Source of the DNA: an uncultured Bacillota bacterium
Lineage (GTDB): Bacteria; Bacillota_I; Bacilli_A; RF39; UBA660
NCBI GenBank assembly: GCA_946630315.1
Contig: CAMOYT010000002.1
Span: 562-64,561, forward strand
Length of the DNA: 64,000 bases
Reading direction: 5' to 3'
Every line of letters begins with the position of its first letter. Position 1 is the first letter of the stretch. Positions 45,231 to 54,953 of the stretch are shown piece after piece. A program made the translations under genes and the position numbers. Under the pieces are notes generated by a model, which did no database searches, had not been told where the DNA came from, and saw only the letters and a list, made by a program, of their open reading frames with translations.

Positions 45231-46235
45231 ATGATTAAAGTAGCAATTAATGGATTCGGAAGAATCGGAAGATTATGTTTTAGATTAATGGAGGAGAACC
45301 CAGAGTTTGAGGTAGTAGCAATCAATGACTTAACTGATGCTGAACAATTAGCATACTTACTAAAATACGATACTAATCATAGAAACTATCGTATTGATGA
45401 AATTCATGCTGATGGAGACTATATTGTAGTAGGAGATAGAAGAGTAAGAGTATATGCTGAAAAAGATCCTGCAATGTTACCATGGGGTGAATTAGATGTA
45501 GATGTAGTATTTGAATCAACTGGATTATTTACATCTGAAGAAAAAGCTATGGCTCATATCAATGCTGGAGCAAAGAAAGTAATTATTTCAGCACCTGCAA
45601 AAGGTAATGTAAAGACAATCGTTTACAATGTAAACCATGAAACATTAACAGGAGATGAAAAAATTATTAGTGCAGCATCTTGTACTACTAACTGTCTAGC
45701 ACCTGTTGTAGATGTTTTAGATAAAGAGTTTGGAATTGTAAAAGGATATATGACAACTGTACATGCATATACAAATGATCAAGCATCACTTGACATTGCA
45801 CATAAAAAAGGACACTTAGCACGTCGTGGTAGAGCTTGTGCTGCTAATATCGTACCAGCTTCAACTGGAGCAGCTTCAGCAATCGGACTTGTTTGTCCAA
45901 ATCTAGCAGGAAAATTAGATGGAACTGCAATGCGTGTACCAGTACCAACTGGCTCAGTTGTAGATTTAACTCTAGAACTTGGAAGAAATACAACTGCAGA
46001 AGAAATCAATGAAGTATTACGTGCTCATACTAATGAAACAATGGAATTTACAATGGATCCAATTGTATCTTCAGATGTAATTGGAAGACGTTGTGGTTCA
46101 CTAGTTGATGGATTATCTACTAATGTTTTAGAAGTAGAAGGAAAACAATTAGTAAAAGTAGTATCTTGGTATGATAATGAAATGTCATATACTGCTCAAA
46201 TGGTTAGAACTGCAAAGTACTTAATGAACAAATAA
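45231..46235 (+). CDS. gap: glyceraldehyde-3-phosphate dehydrogenase
   Basis: Motifs INGFGRIGR, SCTTNCLAP and WYDNE. Confidence 0.95.
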   Translation: MIKVAINGFGRIGRLCFRLMEENPEFEVVAINDLTDAEQLAYLLKYDTNHRNYRIDEIHADGDYIVVGDRRVRVYAEKDPAMLPWGELDVDVVFESTGLFTSEEKAMAHINAGAKKVIISAPAKGNVKTIVYNVNHETLTGDEKIISAASCTTNCLAPVVDVLDKEFGIVKGYMTTVHAYTNDQASLDIAHKKGHLARRGRACAANIVPASTGAASAIGLVCPNLAGKLDGTAMRVPVPTGSVVDLTLELGRNTTAEEINEVLRAHTNETMEFTMDPIVSSDVIGRRCGSLVDGLSTNVLEVEGKQLVKVVSWYDNEMSYTAQMVRTAKYLMNK

Positions 46236-46260
46236 AAGAAGCACTGCTTCTTTTTTTTTA
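46236..46260 (+). terminator. rho-independent terminator after gap
   Basis: agaagc (46237-46242) pairs with gcttct (46246-46251), then T9. Confidence 0.7.
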
Positions 46261-46310
46261 TGTAAAAATAATATATAATAAAATAAAATAGAATAATAAG
46301 GAGAGTAATT

Positions 46311-47840
46311 ATGGATAATAAAAACGTACCAGAAGAATCAAAAGTAGAAGAAGAAAAACAAGAGAAGAAAAGATCCTTTCTATGGAATTATATAGGAAAT
46401 ATATTTGCGTTTTTTTGTATTACAACATTTATTGCAGTTGTAGCAGCAATACACTATCCAAATCCAGCAACAATCTTTATAGCTTCAGTAATAGCAATTA
46501 TTTATATAATAACAATAATTCTATTTCAAAATAAGCCACAACCAGAAGAAATAGCAGAACCACCAAAAAAATTAGGAGCTATACTAGTTACTATTTGCAT
46601 AATAGTTGCTAATATTGTTTTATTTATTTATTTCTCATCAGCAAATATTCCTGAAATATCTATAATACCAGTAATATTTGGATTTCTATACATAATAATT
46701 ATATGGACAGGAGATACACTATTAAAATCTTCTACAGTTAATACAACAATTACTACTTCAGCAGCATCAACAGCACAGACACAACAACCAGCACAACCAC
46801 AATTTCCACAAGCAGCTCAAGGAACACCAGTAGTAGTAGCTGATTATCCAACTTTTGTTAGAACAAAAAGCGAAGATGTTGCATTAAGAAATTATATAAA
46901 CATGACATTTACAAAAAATAAGCTAAATGCAAATGCAACATTGCCATATACTGAAAAAAGAAAAAACATTTTAACAATAATTTATTGTTTGTTAGTTTAT
47001 ATAGTAACAACACTATTTATGGCTTATCATACTCATCCATTTATCGTCATAATATTCTTAATAGTCCTAACTATCTTCTATATAAAAATGTCACGTGGCA
47101 AAGTAATAGAAGACATCTTAATCAAAGAAATCAAAGCACGTCCAGATGAGAAAATGGAAAATATTATAGTTAGTAAAATGCAAGAAGCAACAGAAAATAA
47201 TAATATTTTCTTTAGAGTGATGACTTCTCTTGTAACAGTAGCACTAATATTACTAGTATTCTTTGAACCACATATGATATTTGAAAATACACCTGATGGA
47301 TACTACTTAAGATATTACACATTAGGTATATTTAATAATCCAAGTGATGTAAAAGTACCTGCTCAATATAAGAATAAAGATGTAGTAGGAATAAGAGGTA
47401 GTGTTTTTGAAAACATGATTTTTATAAAAAATGTTCAACTACCTGAAACAATTAAAGAAATAAGAGGAGATGCTTTTAAAAATTGTATCAATCTAGAATC
47501 AATTAACTTACCATTACAATTAAAAGAAATACATGGTTCTACTTTTGAAAACTGTTCTAAATTAAAAGCTATTAACATTCCAGAAGGAGTAAAAAGAATA
47601 GGCGGATCAGCCTTTAGAAATGATAGCAATCTATCTGAAGTAGTAATTCCAAAATCAGTAACGGAAATAGGAAGCTCTGCTTTTAGAGCAACTAATATCC
47701 AAAAAGTATGTATAAGTAAAAATGCTTATGTAAATGAAAGAGCATTTAAAGAAACATATCCAACTATTGTATATTATGAAAATAACTGTCAAGAAGACAA
47801 TGTCAGGGGGGAAGACAATGAATGGGGAGAATACGAATAA
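46311..47840 (+). CDS. polytopic membrane protein with C-terminal BspA-type leucine-rich repeats
   Basis: Several TM helices and a Thr/Gln/Pro-rich linker. The C-terminal repeats are IRGDAFKNCINLESINLP, IHGSTFENCSKLKAINIP, IGGSAFRNDSNLSEVVIP and IGSSAF. Confidence 0.6.
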   Translation: MDNKNVPEESKVEEEKQEKKRSFLWNYIGNIFAFFCITTFIAVVAAIHYPNPATIFIASVIAIIYIITIILFQNKPQPEEIAEPPKKLGAILVTICIIVANIVLFIYFSSANIPEISIIPVIFGFLYIIIIWTGDTLLKSSTVNTTITTSAASTAQTQQPAQPQFPQAAQGTPVVVADYPTFVRTKSEDVALRNYINMTFTKNKLNANATLPYTEKRKNILTIIYCLLVYIVTTLFMAYHTHPFIVIIFLIVLTIFYIKMSRGKVIEDILIKEIKARPDEKMENIIVSKMQEATENNNIFFRVMTSLVTVALILLVFFEPHMIFENTPDGYYLRYYTLGIFNNPSDVKVPAQYKNKDVVGIRGSVFENMIFIKNVQLPETIKEIRGDAFKNCINLESINLPLQLKEIHGSTFENCSKLKAINIPEGVKRIGGSAFRNDSNLSEVVIPKSVTEIGSSAFRATNIQKVCISKNAYVNERAFKETYPTIVYYENNCQEDNVRGEDNEWGEYE

Positions 47841-49593
47841 TTATAAGTTTATTCATTTATTATATGTACCTACAATGGCTTGCAATATGGCCTGCAAATA
47901 CTGCTATCTAGAAGATAATACTAAAGATGAATGGACTGATAAAGATCCTCTAGATACATTAAAATATGCTGTAACTAAGTTTTATGATAATAAAGTAATA
48001 CCATTTAATATATCTCTACATGGTGGAGAAGTAACAACATTATCCAAAAAAGACTTTAGAAACATTATAGAATATATATCAAATTATTATAAAAAAAATA
48101 AAGTATTAATAGAATCAAATGGTTTTCCCCTAGGAAATCCACATATAAAAACAAATCTATATAATATAGAAAAACATCTAGATACCATAAAAGAATTTAA
48201 TGTATCAATTAGTGGAAGTATAGACCTACCACTAAATAAGCATGAAGAGTATCGAGTAACTAAGTCAAATAAAAAGACTTTAGACAAGATACTAGAAAAT
48301 GTAAAATTATTAGAAAGTATACCAAATAAAAAGAAGGTATCAGCAACTATTTTTAAAGAGCACTTTAATCTAGATCAAATAGTAAAAGATATAAAATATT
48401 TAGACAAAAATACTTGTCTAGATATGAATGACTTTAATTTTATGATAGGTTTTGATTATAATTCTAATAATTTACTACATCACATAGATGAAGAAGAGCA
48501 ATTAGAACTATTTAATCGTATGCATAAAGAATTTGCAAATACTAATCTAGATTATGGACTAAATAATGCTTGGTTTGCTGAATTTGGTCCTAATTATTGT
48601 ACTAATTGTGATAATTGTGGAGAAAAATTCTTCTTATTAGAAAAAAATGGAGATATTTACTCATGTGTAAGAGGTCAAAAAAATAAAAACTTCTATTATG
48701 GAAATATTTATACTAATACAGTAGAAGAAATATTACAAACAGCCTACAATAAAATATTAACTGCTCATAATAAACTACCATTTAATGAAGAATGTAGTAA
48801 ATGTAAATATCTATATTTATGTAAAACAGGATGTCCATTTGTAAAAAATACATATAAAACAAATAAATCATATACTTGTAAACTACAACAAGCTCTATAT
48901 GAAAAATTAAATCTTTCTAAAGATGAGTATAATGAAGAAACAGTTTACCAATATGTATCAGAAATGCATCCGAGTGAACAATATAAGTATTTTCCAATTA
49001 TTCAAAATGAGAAAAAACATATTTTAGATCTAATAGAAGAAGATGAAAAATTAAAATACATCTATGATTCCAATAGTTATATTTTAAAAGTAAATGATGA
49101 TGAGTATAAATTAGAATCACAAATTACTAAAAGAATAAGAAAAATAATCTGTCTAGATAATAATTCCAAAATAGAATTATATATCAAGAAAAATATCTTA
49201 GATGAAGAAACACCATATCCTAATAATAATGCATTATATATAATGCTACTAAGTGGAAATACTATTACATATGGAGATGAAAATAGAACTAAACAAGCAC
49301 ATATAATGACTCATGAAGTATATAAAGGTGTCCTAGAACAAAATATATCAGATAAAAAAGATTATTTTAAATTAGATATAACTAACATTTTAAAAGATTA
49401 TTTCAAATACTTATCTAAAGATAATCCAAACAACCTCTTTGTAACAACCCAAGCTTTAAGAGATTATCATTATACAAAACAAAAAAATAATGCATATTAT
49501 CATATTGATACTATCAATTTACCATTTCAAAATATAGAATTTTATCTATTAGAAGGAGATTACAATGATAAAGAAGAATCCAGAAACATATAA
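47818..49593 (+). CDS. radical SAM protein with SPASM domain and about 200-aa unknown C-terminal extension
   Basis: CNMACKYC (C-x3-C-x2-C, nt 47881-47904), HGGEVT, and the SPASM motif C-x2-C-x5-C-x3-C in CSKCKYLYLCKTGC (nt 48793-48834). The start at ATG 47818 follows a G-rich SD; the track start at 47734 lies inside the upstream gene. Confidence 0.8.
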   Translation: MNGENTNNYKFIHLLYVPTMACNMACKYCYLEDNTKDEWTDKDPLDTLKYAVTKFYDNKVIPFNISLHGGEVTTLSKKDFRNIIEYISNYYKKNKVLIESNGFPLGNPHIKTNLYNIEKHLDTIKEFNVSISGSIDLPLNKHEEYRVTKSNKKTLDKILENVKLLESIPNKKKVSATIFKEHFNLDQIVKDIKYLDKNTCLDMNDFNFMIGFDYNSNNLLHHIDEEEQLELFNRMHKEFANTNLDYGLNNAWFAEFGPNYCTNCDNCGEKFFLLEKNGDIYSCVRGQKNKNFYYGNIYTNTVEEILQTAYNKILTAHNKLPFNEECSKCKYLYLCKTGCPFVKNTYKTNKSYTCKLQQALYEKLNLSKDEYNEETVYQYVSEMHPSEQYKYFPIIQNEKKHILDLIEEDEKLKYIYDSNSYILKVNDDEYKLESQITKRIRKIICLDNNSKIELYIKKNILDEETPYPNNNALYIMLLSGNTITYGDENRTKQAHIMTHEVYKGVLEQNISDKKDYFKLDITNILKDYFKYLSKDNPNNLFVTTQALRDYHYTKQKNNAYYHIDTINLPFQNIEFYLLEGDYNDKEESRNI

Positions 49594-49930
49594 CGAATTA
49601 AGAGCTGTCCATAATCTAATGCAACTAAATAGTCATTATAAAGTATCACAAGAATTTTTAGATGAAGCTTATGATTTTATAATGCAAGATCCAAATAATA
49701 CAATAGATTGTGGCTCAACAAGTATTACATTTAAAAAACCAAATGGAGAAGTAGTAAAAACATTTCAAACAAACCATAATTCCACAATTATAGATGGCTT
49801 AATAGTATCATCAATTGCTCTAACCATAATTCCACATTATAATCCATCATCTTCTGGTGGAGGTGGAGGCTTTTCATCAAATAATAACAATAATAACAAC
49901 AATAATAATAACAATAATAATAACCACTAG
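49565..49930 (+). CDS. hypothetical 121-aa protein with Gly5 and Asn15 C-terminal tail
   Basis: SD aaggag upstream. It overlaps the rSAM gene by 29 nt. The tail reads SSSGGGGGFSS, then 15 Asn, then His. Confidence 0.5.
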   Translation: MIKKNPETYNELRAVHNLMQLNSHYKVSQEFLDEAYDFIMQDPNNTIDCGSTSITFKKPNGEVVKTFQTNHNSTIIDGLIVSSIALTIIPHYNPSSSGGGGGFSSNNNNNNNNNNNNNNNH

Positions 49931-49938
49931 GAGAAAAT

Positions 49939-50955
49939 ATGATAACAGAATCAAAACAAGCTAAAAGACTAAACAGTCTAGGTATTAACATAAAAACATT
50001 TTTCTATGATAATGGAAAAAAGAAGCAAAGAAATACTGATAATTCACTAAATCAAGATATAAAACAAGGTATTATTATTGAAAAAGATTATTATAAACAT
50101 GGAGATTTATTAAGAAAAGAAAAAAGCTTTGATTCACGTATAAGCTATACATATGAGTTTTCTGGAGAAGATAAGTATACTTGTAAAAACTGTGGTATGG
50201 AAGGAGAAGTAAAAGATTTTACTGATGGTTGCCCATACTGTCATACAAATTATAATATTGATTATGATAATAAAGAACTAAGTAATAAAAAATATTATGA
50301 TCTAATAATAAAAGACAAGTCTTATATAATTAAAACATTTATTTTAGACATAGTATTTTCACTACTATTAGTTGGAATATATATCTATAATACTAGTAGA
50401 ACATTTTATACATTTGACATAATAAAAATAATAGTAATAGGCTTCTTCATAAGCTTAGTATTGTTCTTTATCTTTTATTATTTAGATGCCTTAATTATTC
50501 TACCTTGGTTACGTAAAAAGAAAGAAAAATCTAATCAAAAACAAGTAGAATTTTGGAATAGAATGCAAAAATATTTTATAAGTAAAACAAAATTCTATAA
50601 TAATTTAAACTATGAATTAAGAAATTTATTCTATAGTGATAAATATAAAGATGTAGTAGATTATGATATACTTGATTACAACTCATTAAAAGAAAAAGAA
50701 GAAGATGACAAACTATTTGTAACAATAAATATAGATATAAGAATAATAAGACTAGTAAACAATAAAATAGAATCTAAAATAGAAACAAAAGAATTCTTAC
50801 TAAAAAGAGTAGAATCAAAACTAGAATTAACAAAAAAAGTAAATTTTATTCCTTGCCCTAATTGTGGAGCAAGCATTGATGCTACTACTGAAGTATGTGA
50901 GTATTGTGGAACACCACATAACTATTTACAAGAATGGTATTTGCAAGAATTATAA
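49939..50955 (+). CDS. membrane protein with two zinc-ribbon motifs flanking two TM helices
   Basis: CKNCGMEGEVKDFTDGCPYCH, two TM helices, and CPNCGASIDATTEVCEYCG. SD aggag upstream. Confidence 0.55.
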   Translation: MITESKQAKRLNSLGINIKTFFYDNGKKKQRNTDNSLNQDIKQGIIIEKDYYKHGDLLRKEKSFDSRISYTYEFSGEDKYTCKNCGMEGEVKDFTDGCPYCHTNYNIDYDNKELSNKKYYDLIIKDKSYIIKTFILDIVFSLLLVGIYIYNTSRTFYTFDIIKIIVIGFFISLVLFFIFYYLDALIILPWLRKKKEKSNQKQVEFWNRMQKYFISKTKFYNNLNYELRNLFYSDKYKDVVDYDILDYNSLKEKEEDDKLFVTINIDIRIIRLVNNKIESKIETKEFLLKRVESKLELTKKVNFIPCPNCGASIDATTEVCEYCGTPHNYLQEWYLQEL

Positions 50956-50958
50956 TTA

Positions 50959-50983
50959 AAAACATCGTAGGATGTTTTTTTTA
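50959..50983 (+). terminator. rho-independent terminator of the rSAM cassette
   Basis: aacatc (50961-50966), loop gtag, gatgtt (50971-50976), then T8. Confidence 0.7.
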
Positions 50984-51024
50984 TGTCAAAAATTTGATAT
51001 AATTCTAGTAGATAGGAGAGTTAT

Positions 51025-52197
51025 ATGAAAACATTATTAGATTTAGATGTAAATAATAAAAAAGTAATTATAAGATGTGATTTTAACGTACCATTAAAAG
51101 ATGGGAAAATAACAGATGATACAAGAATAGTAGCAGCCCTACCTACTATAAAATATTGTCTAGATAATAATGCCAAAGTAATATTATTATCTCATTTAGG
51201 AAGAGTAAAAGAAGAAGCAGACCTAGCTAAAAATGACTTATCTCCAGTTGCTGAAAGATTAAGTGAATTATTAGAACAAGATATATTATTCTCAACAGAG
51301 ACAAGAGGACAAGAGTTAGAAGATGCAGTTCAAATGTTACAACCTAAAGACGTTTTATTAATTCAAAATACAAGATATGAAGACTTAGATGGTAACAAAG
51401 AAAGCTCAAATGATGAAGAATTAGGAGCATATTGGGCATCACTTGGAGATGTATTTATAAATGATGCGTTTGGAACTATTCATAGAGCCCATGCATCAAA
51501 CTGTGGAATAGCTTCCCACTTGCCAAGTGCTTTTGGATTCTTAATTGAAAAAGAATTAACTGCTTTATCAGAATTAGATAATCCAGAACATCCATTTGTT
51601 GTAATATTAGGAGGAGCTAAAGTAAGTGATAAAATAGGTGTAATTGAAAACCTAGTAACAAAAGCAGATAAAATACTAATAGGAGGTGGAATGGCCTTTA
51701 CTTTCTTAAAAGCAAAAGGATTAGAAATAGGTAAATCCCTATTAGATGAAGAAAACATAGAATTCTGTAAAAAAGTATTAACAGATTATCCAGATAAAAT
51801 AGTATTACCAATCGATGTAGCAGTAACTAATGAATATACCGATGATGAAGAATATAGAACAAAATCTATAGAAGAAATAGCAACTGATGAAATGGGTCTA
51901 GATATTGGACCTAAAACAGAAGAATTATTTGAAAAAGAAACTGCTTCTGCTAAAATAGTTGTATGGAATGGTCCACTAGGAGTATATGAATTCTCTAAAT
52001 ATAAAAAACATACAGATAAATTATTAGCATATTTAGTAAATAATAATATCAAGACTATTTTAGGTGGTGGCGATATCGTAGCAGCAGCAGCAAATGCTGG
52101 ATATAAAGATAAAGTATATCATGCCTCAACAGGTGGAGGAGCAACACTAGAATATATGGAGGGTAAAAAACTTCCAGGAATTGAAGCAATTAAATAA
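51025..52197 (+). CDS. pgk: phosphoglycerate kinase
   Basis: RCDFNVPL, SHLGR, and a full-length two-domain layout. An extended -10 (tgatataat) lies upstream. Confidence 0.95.
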   Translation: MKTLLDLDVNNKKVIIRCDFNVPLKDGKITDDTRIVAALPTIKYCLDNNAKVILLSHLGRVKEEADLAKNDLSPVAERLSELLEQDILFSTETRGQELEDAVQMLQPKDVLLIQNTRYEDLDGNKESSNDEELGAYWASLGDVFINDAFGTIHRAHASNCGIASHLPSAFGFLIEKELTALSELDNPEHPFVVILGGAKVSDKIGVIENLVTKADKILIGGGMAFTFLKAKGLEIGKSLLDEENIEFCKKVLTDYPDKIVLPIDVAVTNEYTDDEEYRTKSIEEIATDEMGLDIGPKTEELFEKETASAKIVVWNGPLGVYEFSKYKKHTDKLLAYLVNNNIKTILGGGDIVAAAANAGYKDKVYHASTGGGATLEYMEGKKLPGIEAIK

Positions 52198-52233
52198 AAA
52201 TAATAAGTAAAAGCTTATTAAGAGGTGGTAAAG

Positions 52234-52722
52234 TTGAATAAAAATTATTTTGTTGTCAATCCTTATAGTAATGAAGATTTAGCACAAATAATTGATTTTG
52301 AAAAACATAATGATAGTGTATTTATCTCTAAGGCAATAGAAGAGACTAAAACTAAAATGAGTGAAGAAGAGTATAAAAACTTGAAAAAAACAAGTAATAC
52401 TATTACACTAGATTATTGTCTAAGAGAAGGAAAAGAAGTAAAAGACCTTTGTCATATAGTAGGAGAAAGAGATATTAAAACTGCTACTGTCTTTTTAGCA
52501 CCTATAAAAGGTAAAAGAAAAAAATTAATAGAACAAGTAACAGACTATATCTTTAATGTATTAGGAATGGAACAATTATTTGTTCAAATAAAACCACAAG
52601 ATCTAAATATAATAAAAACATTAGAAGAATTAAATTTTATCTCATTAGGAGATGAAAATGGAAATATAATCTATTTAAAAGATAAGGAAGAAGAAAAAGA
52701 ACTAGGAAGAAGAATAAGTTAA
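52234..52722 (+). CDS. hypothetical protein
   Basis: The ORF is tightly packed between pgk and the next gene. The start is uncertain: the GTG at 52225 lies inside the SD, while the TTG at 52234 has better spacing. Confidence 0.4.
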   Translation: MNKNYFVVNPYSNEDLAQIIDFEKHNDSVFISKAIEETKTKMSEEEYKNLKKTSNTITLDYCLREGKEVKDLCHIVGERDIKTATVFLAPIKGKRKKLIEQVTDYIFNVLGMEQLFVQIKPQDLNIIKTLEELNFISLGDENGNIIYLKDKEEEKELGRRIS

Positions 52723-53726
52723 TGAAGAATCTAAAGAAAAACACAATTATATTATTACTAATAACTATAATCGTCTTATACTTTGTTTTAAAAGATGATA
52801 TGAATAATATTATTACAACATTAGGTACTATGAACTATTTCTTTGTTGTAATAGCTATTCTCTTCTTCTTTTTTTATATTGTATTAAGAGCTTATGTTAA
52901 CTATTTAGTAGTTGATGAAAAAGAAAAATATACTTTTCTAGAAGCAATCAAACATAACATAATAGTTTTATTCTTTAATGGAATTACACCATTCTCAACA
53001 GGTGGCCAACCAATGGAAATATATATGTTAACAGAACATGATATTAAATTAAGTAAAGCAACAAACGTTACAATCCAAAACTTTATTTTCTATCAAGTGG
53101 CCTTAGTACTATATGGACTTTTAGCAGTATCATACAATGCTATCTTCCATATCTTTCCTAAAGTACCATTCTTAAGACACTTAGTATTAGTAGGATTCTT
53201 AATCAATACCTTAGTAATAGTAATATTAGCTATAATAACATTCTCAGATAAATTAACTAAAAAAATGATTCACTTGGTATTAAAAATAGCCAAAAAACTA
53301 GGTATATTAAAAAAACATAAAGACTTAAGAGAAAAACTAGATGTAAAAGTAGATGAATTTCAAACAAGTTCAAGAAAACTATTAAAGGACAAAAAATTAT
53401 TCTTTAAAGGAGTATTCTTAAACTTCTTAGCCTTAACATGTTTTTATATAATTCCATTATTCTTAGTATTAGGACTACATAGTAATAGTATAAATATGAT
53501 GGATTCAATTACATCTAGTGCTTATACATTAATAGTTGGAAGTTTTGTACCAATACCAGGTGCTAGTGGAGGAATAGAATATTCATTCACTCAATTTTTT
53601 GGTAACTTCATATCATCTGATATGATAAACACTGTATTATTAATATGGCGATTCATAACATACTATTTAGGTATGATATTAGGAGCAATATTATTTAATT
53701 TCCATAATAAGAAGGTGACAAAATGA
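52722..53726 (+). CDS. flippase-like / lysylphosphatidylglycerol-synthase-TM-region (UPF0104) family membrane protein
   Basis: About 8 TM helices, including FNGITPFSTGGQPMEIYML. It is coupled to a GT4 gene, as is usual for this family. Confidence 0.6.
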   Translation: MKNLKKNTIILLLITIIVLYFVLKDDMNNIITTLGTMNYFFVVIAILFFFFYIVLRAYVNYLVVDEKEKYTFLEAIKHNIIVLFFNGITPFSTGGQPMEIYMLTEHDIKLSKATNVTIQNFIFYQVALVLYGLLAVSYNAIFHIFPKVPFLRHLVLVGFLINTLVIVILAIITFSDKLTKKMIHLVLKIAKKLGILKKHKDLREKLDVKVDEFQTSSRKLLKDKKLFFKGVFLNFLALTCFYIIPLFLVLGLHSNSINMMDSITSSAYTLIVGSFVPIPGASGGIEYSFTQFFGNFISSDMINTVLLIWRFITYYLGMILGAILFNFHNKKVTK

Positions 53727-54952
53727 GAATAGGAATTTTTACGGAAACATATACCCCATACATTAGTGGATTAGTAACAAGCGAAGTAATGCTAAAACAT
53801 GCCCTAGAAAAAATGGGTCATGAAGTATATGTAGTAACAGCAAACTTACGTAGTTTTAAATACGAGTATGATGAAAAAGAAAGAGTATTTAGAATACCTG
53901 GAATTCCAACTGGAATATATGATTCCAGATTAACAAGTACTTATCCAATAAGAGCAATTAATAAAATAAAAAGCTGGCATCTAGATGTAATACATTCCCA
54001 AACAGAATTCTCAATTGGAACATTTGCAAGAATTTTTGCTAAACAATTTAATATTCCATTAGTCCATACATATCACACTATGTATGAAGACTATGTTCAC
54101 TATATAACAAAAGGTTATTTTAAAAAATCAAGCAAAAAACTAGTAGAATACTTAACTAAATTCTATTGTGATACAACTGCAACAGAATTAATAGTACCTA
54201 CTAATAAGACATATAAACTATTTAAAGAAAAATATCATTATGAAAAAGCAATAAATATTATTCCAACTGGAATAGAAGTAGAAAGATTCTATAAAGAAAA
54301 TGTAGACCCCAAAGAAATAGATAATTTAAGAAAAACACTTAATATATCTAAAAAAGATTTCGTTATCTTATTTGTTGGACGTTTAGCAGCAGAAAAAAAC
54401 ATAGAATTCTTATTAGAATCACAAAAAGAATTAATTAAAAAGCATAATAATATAAAATTAGTTATTGTTGGAGATGGACCAGATAAAGAAAAATATGAAG
54501 AATTATCTAAAAAATTAGATATAGATAAAAATACTATTTTTACTGGAAAAGCAGCTTGGGGAGATATGCCTTATTACTACAATATTGCCGATGCTTTTGC
54601 AACCGCTTCTAAATCAGAGACACAAGGACTTACCCTAATAGAAGCTATGGCAGCCGATGTCTCAGTAGTATGTATGCGTGATGAAGCCTTCTTAAGTATG
54701 GTAACAGAAGACCTAAATAGTTTGATATTTGAAACTCAAGAAGAGTATCAAGAAAAAATACTTTACTTATACAATAATCCAAAAGAACATAAGAAAATGA
54801 ACCATCAAGCTCGTATTGCCGCAGAACAATACTCTGCCACTATCTATGGTACAAAAGTATTAGATGTATATAAGAGAGCTATTAAAGAGAAAAAAGAAGA
54901 GAACAGATTTGGTATTTTTTCACAAATAATTAAGAAATTAAAAGGAGAGTAA
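53723..54952 (+). CDS. GT4 family glycosyltransferase, likely diacylglycerol glycolipid synthase
   Basis: N-terminus MRIGIFTETYTPYISGL, then GRLAAEKN, and the E-x7-E motif ETQGLTLIE. ATGA overlap with the upstream gene. Confidence 0.75.
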   Translation: MRIGIFTETYTPYISGLVTSEVMLKHALEKMGHEVYVVTANLRSFKYEYDEKERVFRIPGIPTGIYDSRLTSTYPIRAINKIKSWHLDVIHSQTEFSIGTFARIFAKQFNIPLVHTYHTMYEDYVHYITKGYFKKSSKKLVEYLTKFYCDTTATELIVPTNKTYKLFKEKYHYEKAINIIPTGIEVERFYKENVDPKEIDNLRKTLNISKKDFVILFVGRLAAEKNIEFLLESQKELIKKHNNIKLVIVGDGPDKEKYEELSKKLDIDKNTIFTGKAAWGDMPYYYNIADAFATASKSETQGLTLIEAMAADVSVVCMRDEAFLSMVTEDLNSLIFETQEEYQEKILYLYNNPKEHKKMNHQARIAAEQYSATIYGTKVLDVYKRAIKEKKEENRFGIFSQIIKKLKGE

Positions 54953-54953
54953 T

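Noticed and set aside
47734-47817. Upstream-extended start codons offered by the ORF track: 47734 for the rSAM gene, 27905 for the ABC exporter, 41437 for yvcK, 37443 for uvrA, 20507 for yitT-2, 29801 for the L,D-transpeptidase and 56368 for the AAA ATPase.
   Set aside because: Each extension lacks an SD and runs through the preceding gene or through a terminator hairpin. In every case an internal ATG with a well-spaced GGAGG-type SD gives the conserved N-terminus, for example MDKIIIKGAREN for UvrA and MNKKVVVFGGGTG for YvcK.
47818-49593. Interpreting the rSAM enzyme as the missing AmrS partner of the AMMECR1/Memo-like fusion at 4589-5893.
   Set aside because: AmrS is a PflA-like activase of about 330 aa without a SPASM domain. 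This protein is 591 aa, has a full SPASM motif, is embedded in its own four-gene operon, and lies 42 kb away.
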